A stretch of 64,000 nucleotides of DNA from Patescibacteria group bacterium (GTDB lineage: Bacteria > Patescibacteriota > Minisyncoccia > Phycocordibacterales > CAIZLB01): the NCBI GenBank assembly GCA_040386515.1, contig JAZKFG010000005.1:9313-73312 (forward strand), written 5' to 3'. Made by a program: the position numbers and the translations under genes. Each line of letters starts with the position of its first letter. Position 1 is the stretch's first letter. Positions 50,349 through 59,337 of the stretch are shown in pieces. The notes under the pieces are model-generated. The model was not told the DNA's origin. It made no database searches and worked only from the letters and a program-made list of their open reading frames with translations.

Positions 50349-50960
50349 TTACTTTTGTACGATTTCTACAACAGTACCTCGTCGACCTGGAACAGCTCCT
50401 TTGATGTACAAAAGATTATTTTCTGTGTCCACTGCTACTACAGTCATATTTTTAAATGTCATCTTGTCTCCACCCATTCTTCCTGCCATACGTGTTCCTT
50501 TGAACACTCTCTGGTATCCACCGGCACCTGATGATCCTCGCTCTCTTTCTGAGTGCTTCTGACCATGTGATCCAGGACCTCCTTTGAAGTTATATCGCTT
50601 TACAACACCCTGGAAACCTTTAGCTTTAGTTGTTCCTGATACAGTAACGATATCACCTGATACGAATTCGAATGGAAGAGTATCTCCCTTCTCACCAAAA
50701 AGGCCTTGTACCTCTTTTAAGAGCGCAAAGCCTTTTTTAGCATCAGATGCAATACCACTATGAATTTTTACAGCTTTAGACAGCTGGTTAACAGATTTAG
50801 ATCCAAATCCAATTTGTACGGCGTCATACCCATCAGTAGTTTTATCTTTCTTCTGAGTAATAGTCATAGGACTAAATGACAAAACAGTTGCAGGGTAAAC
50901 CTTGCCTGTTTCATCAAATAACTGAGTCATATTCTGTTTTGTTGCGATTGTATACTTCAT
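50349..50960 (-). CDS. rplC: 50S ribosomal protein L3
   Basis: DGYDAVQIG, KGFQGVVKR, MAGRMG, KGAVPG. Confidence 0.97.
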   Translation of the reverse strand: MKYTIATKQNMTQLFDETGKVYPATVLSFSPMTITQKKDKTTDGYDAVQIGFGSKSVNQLSKAVKIHSGIASDAKKGFALLKEVQGLFGEKGDTLPFEFVSGDIVTVSGTTKAKGFQGVVKRYNFKGGPGSHGQKHSERERGSSGAGGYQRVFKGTRMAGRMGGDKMTFKNMTVVAVDTENNLLYIKGAVPGRRGTVVEIVQK

Positions 50961-51074
50961 ATTTTTATTGTTAATCTTTTGTATAAGGTATATACCAGAG
51001 CAGGTTTGTGTGTCGAGTAACTCATTGAGTCTTGGACACTATCCTGATGATCCTTTACATAAGAGGTTTGTAAA

Positions 51075-51434
51075 CTACATCATCTTAACATCAACGTTTA
51101 CCCCTGAAGGTAGAGTCATGTTAGTGAGTGACTCGATCACTTTAGCAGAAGGGTTAAGAATGTCAATCAATCTTCTGTGTGTTCGTGACTCAAACTGTTC
51201 TCGTGAGTTCTTATAGATGAACGCTGAACGGTTTACAGTGTACTTCTTGATCTCAGTTGGTAGAGGTACTGGACCATGTACTATTGCATCATGTTTTAAT
51301 GCTGTTTCTACAATCTGTTTTACAGATGTATCTAGCAAACGAGCATCATATGCTCGAACACGAATTCGTAGTTTTGAAGTAACTTCAACGTCTGATTTAG
51401 ACTTCTTTTTTGTGCTTTTTATGGCTGTTGACAT
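51075..51434 (-). CDS. rpsJ: 30S ribosomal protein S10
   Basis: GPVPLPT, SREQFE, HRRLIDI. Confidence 0.97.
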   Translation of the reverse strand: MSTAIKSTKKKSKSDVEVTSKLRIRVRAYDARLLDTSVKQIVETALKHDAIVHGPVPLPTEIKKYTVNRSAFIYKNSREQFESRTHRRLIDILNPSAKVIESLTNMTLPSGVNVDVKMM

Positions 51435-51442
51435 AGATTTGG

Positions 51443-51471
51443 ATATTACACTATTTTATCAAAAAATGCAA
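51443..51471 (-). promoter_or_regulatory. Sigma70 promoter of rpsJ
   Basis: TTGCAT-17 nt-TAATAT, 8 nt before ATG. Confidence 0.65.
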
Positions 51472-51500
51472 TGACTATAGATTATAGCACTGCATTTTTT
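51461..51500 (-). terminator. tuf terminator overlapping the rpsJ -35 box
   Basis: AAAAAATGCA..CTATA/TATAG..TGCATTTTTT hairpin. Confidence 0.55.
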
Positions 51501-51536
51501 GTTGATAATGCGTACGTTAGTTTATTTTTTGACTAA

Positions 51537-52742
51537 TTACGCAACGATTTTTGTTACAACTCCGGCTCCTACAGTCTTACCTCCTTCTCGGATAGCAAAT
51601 CGTGTATTGTCCTCTAGAGCGATTGGAGCTACAAGCTTTACTTTAAAAGTAACTGTATCTCCAGGCATAACCATTTTTCCTTCTTCAGCTAGTGTTACTT
51701 CACCTGTTACGTCAGTTGTTCGAACGTAGAACTGTGGCTTATAACCTGAGAAGAATGGTGTATGTCGTCCTCCTTCTTCTTTCTTCAAGATGTATACTTC
51801 TGCTTCAAAGTCTGTATGAGGCTTAACTGAACCTGGTTTAGCAAGTACCTGTCCTCGTGAAATATCTTCTTTCTTTACAGATCGTAGTAGTAGTCCAGCG
51901 TTATCTCCAGCCATACCTTCTGATAGAGATTTGTTGAACATTTCAACCCCTGTAACGATAGTCTTAACAGTGTCTTTTAGACCTACGATTTCGATTTCTT
52001 CACCAATTTTGATGATTCCTTTCTCGATTCGTCCTGTAACTACAGTTCCTCGTCCTTCAATAGAGAATACGTCTTCTACTGGCATTAGGAAAGGTTTGTC
52101 AGTCTCACGTACTGGTGTTGGGATAAATGAGTCGATAGCGTCAGCTAGATCAACGATTTTCTGTGCCCACTCATCACTAACATCTGCTGCGTTCAAAGCT
52201 TTTAGAGCTGAACCTCGGATAACTGGTGCGTTAGCTCCATCAAATCCGTTCTTTGTTAGAAGTTCACGTATTTCCTCTTCTACAAGGTCAAGCATGTCTT
52301 TATCATCAACCATGTCACACTTGTTCATAAATACAAGAATCTGAGGTACTCCAATCTGCTTTGCAAGAAGAACGTGCTCACGTGTTTGTGGCATAGGTCC
52401 GTCTGTTGCTGCAACCACAAGGATAGCACCGTCCATCTGAGCTGCTCCTGTAATCATGTTTTTGATGTAGTCGGCGTGACCTGGAGCATCAACGTGTGCG
52501 TAGTGACGTGTTGGTGTCTCGTATTCACAGTGAGCAAGAGAAATAGTAATTCCTCGAGCTTTTTCCTCTGGAGCTTTGTCAATTTCGTTCATTCCTAGAA
52601 GTTTGGCTCCATAACCATTTCCCTTCTTTGAAAGAACACTAAGAATAGCCGCTGTAAGAGTTGTCTTACCGTGGTCAACGTGGCCGATTGTACCAACGTT
52701 TACGTGTGTTTTTGATCGATCGAATGCTTCTGCTACTGCCAT
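51537..52742 (-). CDS. tuf: Elongation factor Tu
   Basis: [25 protein letters not shown]. Confidence 0.99.
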   Translation of the reverse strand: MAVAEAFDRSKTHVNVGTIGHVDHGKTTLTAAILSVLSKKGNGYGAKLLGMNEIDKAPEEKARGITISLAHCEYETPTRHYAHVDAPGHADYIKNMITGAAQMDGAILVVAATDGPMPQTREHVLLAKQIGVPQILVFMNKCDMVDDKDMLDLVEEEIRELLTKNGFDGANAPVIRGSALKALNAADVSDEWAQKIVDLADAIDSFIPTPVRETDKPFLMPVEDVFSIEGRGTVVTGRIEKGIIKIGEEIEIVGLKDTVKTIVTGVEMFNKSLSEGMAGDNAGLLLRSVKKEDISRGQVLAKPGSVKPHTDFEAEVYILKKEEGGRHTPFFSGYKPQFYVRTTDVTGEVTLAEEGKMVMPGDTVTFKVKLVAPIALEDNTRFAIREGGKTVGAGVVTKIVA

Positions 52743-52855
52743 ATATTTTTATATTCAATTAATTAATATTTTATGTAATTTTGCGAATTTTTGGTTTGGG
52801 GTAAATGTACGTGAATAACTTACCTCAAAGCAAAAAGAAAATCGCAATGGATACA

Positions 52856-52884
52856 AGTGTAGCAACTGCGATTCTTATTGTCAA
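52856..52884 (-). promoter_or_regulatory. Sigma70 promoter of tuf
   Basis: TTGACA-17 nt-TACACT with TG extension. Confidence 0.75.
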
Positions 52885-52898
52885 TCAATATTATAATC

Positions 52899-54722
52899 TT
52901 ATTCTGTTGTTGTGTCTGTTACTGGTGCCGGAATTGGATCTGGCACAGGTTGTACAGCTGGTTCAACCTCAGGTGCTGGCGCTGGTGTAACTGGTACTTC
53001 AACTATTTGTTCAGGAGTACTGCTTGAAGTCGGTGCTGGTGGAGGTACAGAAGGAAGCGGCTGCTGAATAATATTAATGTTTTGACTTGTCATCAGTGTT
53101 TCAATTTGATCCCCTGTTATACAAACTTCTTGACCATTAGTTTTTTGAACACATAGATTTTTAGTTTTAACAATATCGGTCTCTACAAGTTTTGTTTTAA
53201 CCGCTTCAGCAAATCCCTCCACCTTAGCAGCAAGCTCCTTCACCGCATTCACAAGCGCCGCAAGGATAGGACGGTCAGCTAATGTAAGAAAACCTCGTCC
53301 ATCTGTTCCTACAGCTTCTGGAATATTTTCTTGAACATTTTGTGCACTAAATCCTGCATATGCATTTGTTGTATCGTACCCAGTCTCTGGTTTCCATTTA
53401 TACATGATTGGGTTAAGACCTAGGATTTTCTCTAATCCTGTTTTAAATTCTCCTTGTATATCCTTTAGTCTTTCGTCAGATGATACGGTTACGTTACCAA
53501 GTGCATCAGTTGAGAGTGATCCTGCACCAAGTGATGCAAAACGTACTGTTCCTGTTGTTGTAAATTGAGCTGTTGGGGTTGAGGTTCCGATGCCGACAAA
53601 TCCGTTTGCCATAATTCTCATTCTTTCAGAAGTGGTTGTTCCGACAGTCGTACCAAATATTAAATCGGTATCAAGCACAGTCGGAGTGTGGACCTGTGCG
53701 GACATAGCACGAATGAATGCAGTTGTTGTTCCTGGATCTGTGAGCTGCGAGTCGTTACTTGAAAAATTAATCATTCCAATTGGTTCATTTGCAGATATAG
53801 CGTAACGAAATGATCTAAGGTTGAGACTTCCACTAGATGAGGCGGCACCAGTTAGGACATATGTGCCCGATCCAGCTACAACCAAACGAGCATCCACAAC
53901 TGAAGAACCTATGCCAACATCTCCAGGAGTAGTAATAATCATTTTATCACTACTTGCAGTTGTGTTTGTTGCAGCACGGTTTGCATTTCCAAAACGCAAC
54001 ACACCAGCTGACATACGCATATAGCCAAATGGACGACCTACTGGATCGGCAGAATCAGCAACATTAGTATCCTCTATTCGAAGGAATCCACCATTAGCAC
54101 CAGAAATTCTAAGTGATGCGGTTCCAGCAGGATTCACCACATGAAAAAGTTCACTTGGAGTACTCGTTCCAACCCCAACCTTTCCAGCAATATAAGTAAT
54201 ATCAGTACCACTTGTTACCCATGGAGTTGATACAGTCCACGTTGTTCCGTTTGATATATACAGAGTGTTATCAGTTGTATTGAAATACAGAGATCCAGCT
54301 GGACCAACTGTTGGTGCACTTGCATATGAGAATGCTCCAAAAGACTTAAGAGCAGTAGGGACTGCATTCAAAGCAGTTCGAGGACTTAGATCTGTACCGT
54401 TGATATTTACCTGAACATACAATGCTTGATTGAAGTTTACTCCTGTTGTATCTGCTTCTGTAAATGATGTTCCAAAGTAACCATTTGCAACAGTTACTGT
54501 TTTTACAATCGGAGAACCTGTTACAGCTCCACCTGAGAGTGCATCATAAAATGTAAATGTTGCATTTACTGATGATGAAAGTGGAGCTCCACTACTATAT
54601 AGCTGTCCTTGAAAGCCAAGAGACTTTGAAGGAGAGGCAGCGAAGATAGTTGTTGCTGAAAATATACCAACAACAAGCATGGCAGACAAAAGATATTTTT
54701 TTGTAGTTAAAGTTCGTTTCAT
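52899..54722 (-). CDS. Secreted fibre/adhesin with S74 chaperone (paralog C; start probably ATG 54722)
   Basis: Signal peptide, AASPSKSLGFQGQL N-domain, G.VGIGT repeats, SSDERLK, Pro-rich tail. Confidence 0.86.
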   Translation of the reverse strand: MKRTLTTKKYLLSAMLVVGIFSATTIFAASPSKSLGFQGQLYSSGAPLSSSVNATFTFYDALSGGAVTGSPIVKTVTVANGYFGTSFTEADTTGVNFNQALYVQVNINGTDLSPRTALNAVPTALKSFGAFSYASAPTVGPAGSLYFNTTDNTLYISNGTTWTVSTPWVTSGTDITYIAGKVGVGTSTPSELFHVVNPAGTASLRISGANGGFLRIEDTNVADSADPVGRPFGYMRMSAGVLRFGNANRAATNTTASSDKMIITTPGDVGIGSSVVDARLVVAGSGTYVLTGAASSSGSLNLRSFRYAISANEPIGMINFSSNDSQLTDPGTTTAFIRAMSAQVHTPTVLDTDLIFGTTVGTTTSERMRIMANGFVGIGTSTPTAQFTTTGTVRFASLGAGSLSTDALGNVTVSSDERLKDIQGEFKTGLEKILGLNPIMYKWKPETGYDTTNAYAGFSAQNVQENIPEAVGTDGRGFLTLADRPILAALVNAVKELAAKVEGFAEAVKTKLVETDIVKTKNLCVQKTNGQEVCITGDQIETLMTSQNINIIQQPLPSVPPPAPTSSSTPEQIVEVPVTPAPAPEVEPAVQPVPDPIPAPVTDTTTE

Positions 54723-54768
54723 GTATATAGTTATTGTATATGTTTTTTCACTAATTAACAAATAATTA

Positions 54769-55164
54769 TTATATATACGAAGTATAAATCAAAACAGATT
54801 CCAAAACTTTACTCAAATCAGTATCTGCTTTAACAAAATAATGATGAGCTCCTAGACCCATTGTGTCAGCAATTGAATCCATGTCTCCTCTATTCGAAAG
54901 AATAATAATAAATACTTGCTTTCCCCAACTATCCTGCGTACGAAGTTTCGTAATAAATTCAACACCATCCATAATCGGCATAGATAAATCTGTAACAATA
55001 ACTTGAGGTCGTTCACGTTCTGCAATTTCCAACCCTTCCTTTCCATTGGTCGCAGTTAAAAGATCAAAACCGTAATCAGAGAATTTCTCAACAAGAAGCT
55101 TTAAAAAAGACTCTTCATCGTCAACAAACAGGATTTTCTTTTTTTCATCATCCCCTTTATTCAT
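54769..55164 (-). CDS. Single-domain response regulator (receiver)
   Basis: ILFVDDE, TDLSMPIMDG, ILS, FVK. Confidence 0.93.
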   Translation of the reverse strand: MNKGDDEKKKILFVDDEESFLKLLVEKFSDYGFDLLTATNGKEGLEIAERERPQVIVTDLSMPIMDGVEFITKLRTQDSWGKQVFIIILSNRGDMDSIADTMGLGAHHYFVKADTDLSKVLESVLIYTSYI

Positions 55165-55207
55165 AAGTTAAATTATACAATACAATTAAGAATTTCTATA
55201 GGGTTGA

Positions 55208-55236
55208 TTGCCATTTTGTTGTCAAATACGTATAAT
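55208..55236 (+). promoter_or_regulatory. Sigma70 promoter
   Basis: TTGCCA-17 nt-TATAAT, 7 nt before ATG 55244. Confidence 0.75.
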
Positions 55237-55243
55237 GCAATAT

Positions 55244-55618
55244 ATGAAGCCTATACATAACACGTATAAACTAGCGTTGATTATTGTCCTACTTATCGGA
55301 GCTGCTATAGGAGCTTATTTTCTATACAAGAATAAGACGCCTGTATTAAATGATATTGATGCAGCTAAACAAGAAGCTCTTGAGGTTAAGCAAGGCCTAA
55401 GCAAGCATCTTGTGCTGCCTGATGGAGAAGAGCCAGACATTCGAAAGATTAATCAGAAGCTAGAGGATCCATTTTTTGTAAATGCAGAAATCGGCGATTA
55501 TTTAATTATTTTCTATAAGAGTCGTATTGCTTACATCTACTCTCCAAGTAAAGATATTATTACGAATGCAGGGGTTGTCTTTGTAAATCCGCAGCAAGCT
55601 AGTACAACTAAAAAATAA
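55244..55618 (+). CDS. Membrane-anchored hypothetical protein
   Basis: TM helix; LP.GEEP...PFFVNAEIGDY...AYIYSP motif. Confidence 0.75.
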   Translation: MKPIHNTYKLALIIVLLIGAAIGAYFLYKNKTPVLNDIDAAKQEALEVKQGLSKHLVLPDGEEPDIRKINQKLEDPFFVNAEIGDYLIIFYKSRIAYIYSPSKDIITNAGVVFVNPQQASTTKK

Positions 55619-55681
55619 AGACCGGGACTTTGAGTTGTCCACGGCCTATTGGAAATAGATTCATATTAAGTGACAAGGAAA

Positions 55682-56041
55682 TTAAACAAGCTCTAGGAGT
55701 CGAATGTTAATTCCCTTGCGAAACCAATGCTTGGTGCAGCGAATTTTAGCCCTACAATCATTCGTAAGCGAGGAAACGAGTTTTGAAGTCAAAGGAATAC
55801 GAACTTCTTTATCACATATTCCATTTGGCAATACGATGGAAACATATCCCTTCTTTATATCAGAAATTTCAACGACTAGGTCGCAGGTAAAGTATTCAAT
55901 TCGCTCACAGAGCATTATCAAAGAAATACCAACCAGCGCCACAAAAGGGGCATATATCGGATTTAAAAAAATCATACATAGGATGGGTAAAGGTGCAATT
56001 TGCACTATATACTCATATTTTCCAAAAAACAATGTTCCCAC
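55682..56041 (-). CDS. Possible small membrane protein or gene remnant
   Basis: Fills the gap before ruvA; hydrophobic N-half; GTG start abuts the ruvA promoter. Confidence 0.4.
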   Translation of the reverse strand: MGTLFFGKYEYIVQIAPLPILCMIFLNPIYAPFVALVGISLIMLCERIEYFTCDLVVEISDIKKGYVSIVLPNGICDKEVRIPLTSKLVSSLTNDCRAKIRCTKHWFRKGINIRLLELV

Positions 56042-56060
56042 TCTATGCTATGATAGAGCC

Positions 56061-56657
56061 ATGATTTCATATCTTGAAGGAACAGTTCGCGATATAGACA
56101 GTAAATGCATATGCCTTATGACAACAGCTGGCGTTGGGTATCAGGTACAACTTGGCAAAATGGATTTAGAGAGTGTGAATTTAGGCGATGCAGCTTCATT
56201 CTATATTTATACAAATGTGAGAGAAGATGCACTTGACTTGTTTGGATTTGTTGAGCGGTCAGATAAAATAATGTTTGAGCAGCTTACATCGATTTCTGGT
56301 ATTGGACCACGGTCAGCACTGAGCATACTTTCCCTTTCAGGAAGTGAAGTGTTGTACGAACATGTGGTGAAAAATAATACTGCATATCTGACACAAATTT
56401 CTGGTATTGGAAAAAAGATTGCTGAAAAGATTGTATTAGAACTACGAGACAAGCTTCCGAAAATTGCTTTTGATTTTTCAAAATCTGGAAATACTGGAAC
56501 AAGTACGCATATTGAAGACATTGAAGTATTTGAGGCACTTAAGGCTATGGGTTACTCTGCCAAGGAGGCTAAGAATGCGCTCGATAATATTCCAACAGGA
56601 CTTTCTACAACGAGTGAGAAGATTAAGGCTGCGCTGCGAGTTGTTGAGAGAGATTAA
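56061..56657 (+). CDS. ruvA: Holliday junction DNA helicase subunit RuvA (start ATG 56061)
   Basis: MISYLEG, GVGY, VRED..LFGF, GIGPRSAL, GIGKKIAEKIVLEL. Confidence 0.96.
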   Translation: MISYLEGTVRDIDSKCICLMTTAGVGYQVQLGKMDLESVNLGDAASFYIYTNVREDALDLFGFVERSDKIMFEQLTSISGIGPRSALSILSLSGSEVLYEHVVKNNTAYLTQISGIGKKIAEKIVLELRDKLPKIAFDFSKSGNTGTSTHIEDIEVFEALKAMGYSAKEAKNALDNIPTGLSTTSEKIKAALRVVERD

Positions 56658-56777
56658 TATATATGCTACGCTAACATCAAACCTATGTTGATGAGAAAAT
56701 CCCTACAGACTTGGTCAGGCTTCACGAGCTAAAAAATCTTTTTATTAAAAGATACTTTTTAACTCAACATCACTCAT

Positions 56778-57626
56778 ATGCAAAACTCTTTATTGAACAC
56801 TCGATGTGTTCAGATGGCCTGTATGAATTTAGGTATTCCCTACAAGTCATACGATGATAATCAAAACTTTATAGAAATACGTATTCACAATAAGCCGTAT
56901 TTCTTTGTAAACTTTTCAACGCCTTTTAATGGTGAAGGAATTAGTTTTGTCTGCAAAGATAAATATTTTACGTACAAACTTCTCCAACATGTTATTCGCA
57001 TGCCGAGGACACTCTCCTTCTTTGATCCTGAATATCCGAATGATGCATATAAACAATATGTTAAGGAAAAAGATAACCCTGAAATTGTTGATTCAATAGT
57101 GGAGAACTTTTCATTTCCAATAATTGTAAAAATGAATCAAGGCTCAATGGGTAGAAATGTATTTGTATGCAATACCAAATCAGAAATACTCCAAGCAGTT
57201 GAAACAATTTATAAAAAAGATTCTACTCTGTATGATTATATAGCTCTTGCTCAAGAACATATTTCAATTCAAAAAGAGTACCGAGTGATTATCTTTAAGC
57301 GGGAAATTATGCTTATATATGAGAAGGACTTCTCGAGGGCAATCATATCGGACAATATTAGTCCGCTGCATCAGGAAAATTCAAAGGCGGTTCTTATTGA
57401 AGATATAGCGATTCGTACAACATTACAAAACTTTATCGAACCTATATTTGACTCCTTTGATATACAATTCGCTGGACTTGATATTATAGTTGATAATAGA
57501 GGACAGTTATATCTTCTTGAGATAAATAGCAAGCCAGGGTTCTCATATTTCGTACGAGACAATGGAGAGCAGAGGTTGATGCACATGTACGAGGATATAT
57601 TCACTAAACTAATTAACACAAAATAA
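56778..57626 (+). CDS. ATP-grasp ligase (RimK-like)
   Basis: CKDK, FPIIVKMNQGSMG, AQEHI, EYRV, AGLD, LEINSKPG. Confidence 0.88.
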   Translation: MQNSLLNTRCVQMACMNLGIPYKSYDDNQNFIEIRIHNKPYFFVNFSTPFNGEGISFVCKDKYFTYKLLQHVIRMPRTLSFFDPEYPNDAYKQYVKEKDNPEIVDSIVENFSFPIIVKMNQGSMGRNVFVCNTKSEILQAVETIYKKDSTLYDYIALAQEHISIQKEYRVIIFKREIMLIYEKDFSRAIISDNISPLHQENSKAVLIEDIAIRTTLQNFIEPIFDSFDIQFAGLDIIVDNRGQLYLLEINSKPGFSYFVRDNGEQRLMHMYEDIFTKLINTK

Positions 57627-57630
57627 ACAT

Positions 57631-58476
57631 ATGGCACATATTTTAAATGGAAAAAAACTAAGCATTGAGAGAGCAGAAAAATTGAAAGAGACTGTTTCCC
57701 TTCTCCCCACTCAACCAACTTTAGTCATTATACAAATTGGAGATGTTGCTGAATCTAATATTTATATTCAAGGAAAAACAAAGATGGCCGAAAAGATTGG
57801 TGCCAGGGTGCAACGTGAAAAATATTCTGCAAATATTTCTGAGAAAGAAATTATTAAGGATATTGAAAAGTTTAATCAAGACAAATCAGTTCACGGCATT
57901 ATTATACAGCTCCCTATTCCTGAGAGTTTAGATAAAAATAGTATTATTGATGTCATAGATCCAAATAAAGATGTTGATGGTTTGACTGCGCAAAATATAA
58001 AACAGCTTTGCATTAACAATACTGGAATAATTCCAGCAACTACAAAAGGCATACTAACATTGTGTAAAGAAAACAATATTGTTTTACAAGGAAAACATAT
58101 TGCTATCATGGGAAGATCTACTCTTGTTGGAAAACCCACAATGCTTGCGTGCGTAAATGAAAATGCAACAGTGACTTTGTGTCACAGCTATACGAAGGAT
58201 TTAGAAAAGATTACTCAGAGTGCTGATATTATTATTACTGCAACAGGTACGCGAAATCTTATTACGAAAAATCATGTTCGAACAGGACAAATTATTATTG
58301 ATGTAGGCATACATGCAATTGAAGAAGAAAATAGAAAAGTAAGTGGAGATGTTTCTTATGATGAGGTTGCGGAAATTGTTGAAAGCATTACTCCAGTTCC
58401 TGGAGGTGTTGGACCGATGACAGTTATTTCTCTTTTTGAAAATCTTGTTGATGCATACAAAAAACACGCCTTGTAA
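57631..58476 (+). CDS. folD: Bifunctional methylene-THF dehydrogenase/cyclohydrolase
   Basis: HGIIIQLP, KDVDG, GRSTLVGKP, TPVPGGVGPMTV. Confidence 0.97.
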   Translation: MAHILNGKKLSIERAEKLKETVSLLPTQPTLVIIQIGDVAESNIYIQGKTKMAEKIGARVQREKYSANISEKEIIKDIEKFNQDKSVHGIIIQLPIPESLDKNSIIDVIDPNKDVDGLTAQNIKQLCINNTGIIPATTKGILTLCKENNIVLQGKHIAIMGRSTLVGKPTMLACVNENATVTLCHSYTKDLEKITQSADIIITATGTRNLITKNHVRTGQIIIDVGIHAIEEENRKVSGDVSYDEVAEIVESITPVPGGVGPMTVISLFENLVDAYKKHAL

Positions 58477-58499
58477 AAAACAGAAGCGTGAGTGTAAAA

Positions 58500-58695
58500 A
58501 TAAAACGGTGGGATGGATTCCTCATGGAATCCGAAAAGGGACAAGTAATCCCTCTTCGAAGCAAAATGAGCTGGGAATCAATAAGCATTGGGGGCAGTAA
58601 ACTTCTTCGAAGAGGGAGTGTGTCAATTGAAAGTCGCGAACATTCAAGACACGTCAACAGATTGAAAGTGCATATGACAACTGGGATTGCCACAG
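58500..58695. ncRNA. Candidate structured RNA, unassigned
   Basis: 13-bp perfect inverted repeat and 7-bp hairpin in a GC-richer 230-nt gap between convergent genes. Confidence 0.35.
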
Positions 58696-58707
58696 AGAAA
58701 ATATACA

Positions 58708-59190
58708 CTACTTCAGGAAGTCATACAATACTACTCCCGCACATACAGAAACGTTTAATGATTCTTTATCTCCTTTCATTTCTATTTCGATAATAGAATC
58801 ACAGAGTTTTAATATTTCTTTCGGCACGCCGTCTACCTCATTTCCAAAAATACACAAGATCTTTTCAGGTTTTGTAAATGATGTGAGGGGGACAGAATTA
58901 GAAGCTTGCTCAATTGCAACAATAACAAAGCCTTCTTTTTTGGCTTTTTTAATTATATCCTTAGCTTTTTCTATATATTCCCATGCCACAGTTTTCTCTC
59001 CACCAAGGGCTGTTTTTGCAATCTCTTTTTGAGGGCCAGATGAAGATCTGCCAAATCGATCTGTCGGTCTTGGCGTTGTACCAGATAGAAATATCTTTGA
59101 AGCACCGAAACAATCAGCTGATCTAAATATAGAACCAACATTATAAGCGCTTCGAATGTCAGGAAGGAGTATATGGACAATAGGATTCAT
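58708..59190 (-). CDS. SpoU/TrmH-family RNA methyltransferase (start ATG 59190)
   Basis: IRSAYNVGSIFR, GNEVDG, IEM.G.KESLNVS. Confidence 0.93.
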   Translation of the reverse strand: MNPIVHILLPDIRSAYNVGSIFRSADCFGASKIFLSGTTPRPTDRFGRSSSGPQKEIAKTALGGEKTVAWEYIEKAKDIIKKAKKEGFVIVAIEQASNSVPLTSFTKPEKILCIFGNEVDGVPKEILKLCDSIIEIEMKGDKESLNVSVCAGVVLYDFLK

Positions 59191-59221
59191 GTAGTGTATT
59201 ATACACAAGTATTGGTTTTAT

Positions 59222-59294
59222 GCGTTCGTAGCTCAGTCGGTAGAGCACCTGCCTTTTAAGCAGAGGGTCGTAGGTTCGATTCCTACCGGACGCA
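59222..59294 (+). tRNA. tRNA-Lys (TTT)
   Basis: GCGTTCG/CGGACGC, GCTC/GAGC D stem, loop CTTTTAA, GTAGG-TTCGATT-CCTAC. Confidence 0.95.
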
Positions 59295-59300
59295 CAGATA

Positions 59301-59330
59301 GAAATAGCCGCACATTTGTGCGGCTATTTC
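59301..59330. terminator. Hairpin terminator after tRNA-Lys
   Basis: GAAATAGCCGCAC/GTGCGGCTATTTC perfect 13-bp stem. Confidence 0.8.
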
Positions 59331-59337
59331 CTTATTT

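Noticed and set aside
51044-51074. CTGATGA hammerhead core on the + strand
   Set aside because: No GAAA after the putative stem II, and it is antisense to the operon.
55704-56060. 119-aa N-terminal extension of RuvA
   Set aside because: The canonical MISYLEG start at 56061 has its own -10 box, and the extension is antisense to another ORF.
58589-58700. tmRNA 5' end (GGGGGC...TTCGA) or RNase P fragment
   Set aside because: No T arm or acceptor 3' strand, and no GAGGAAAGTCC motif.
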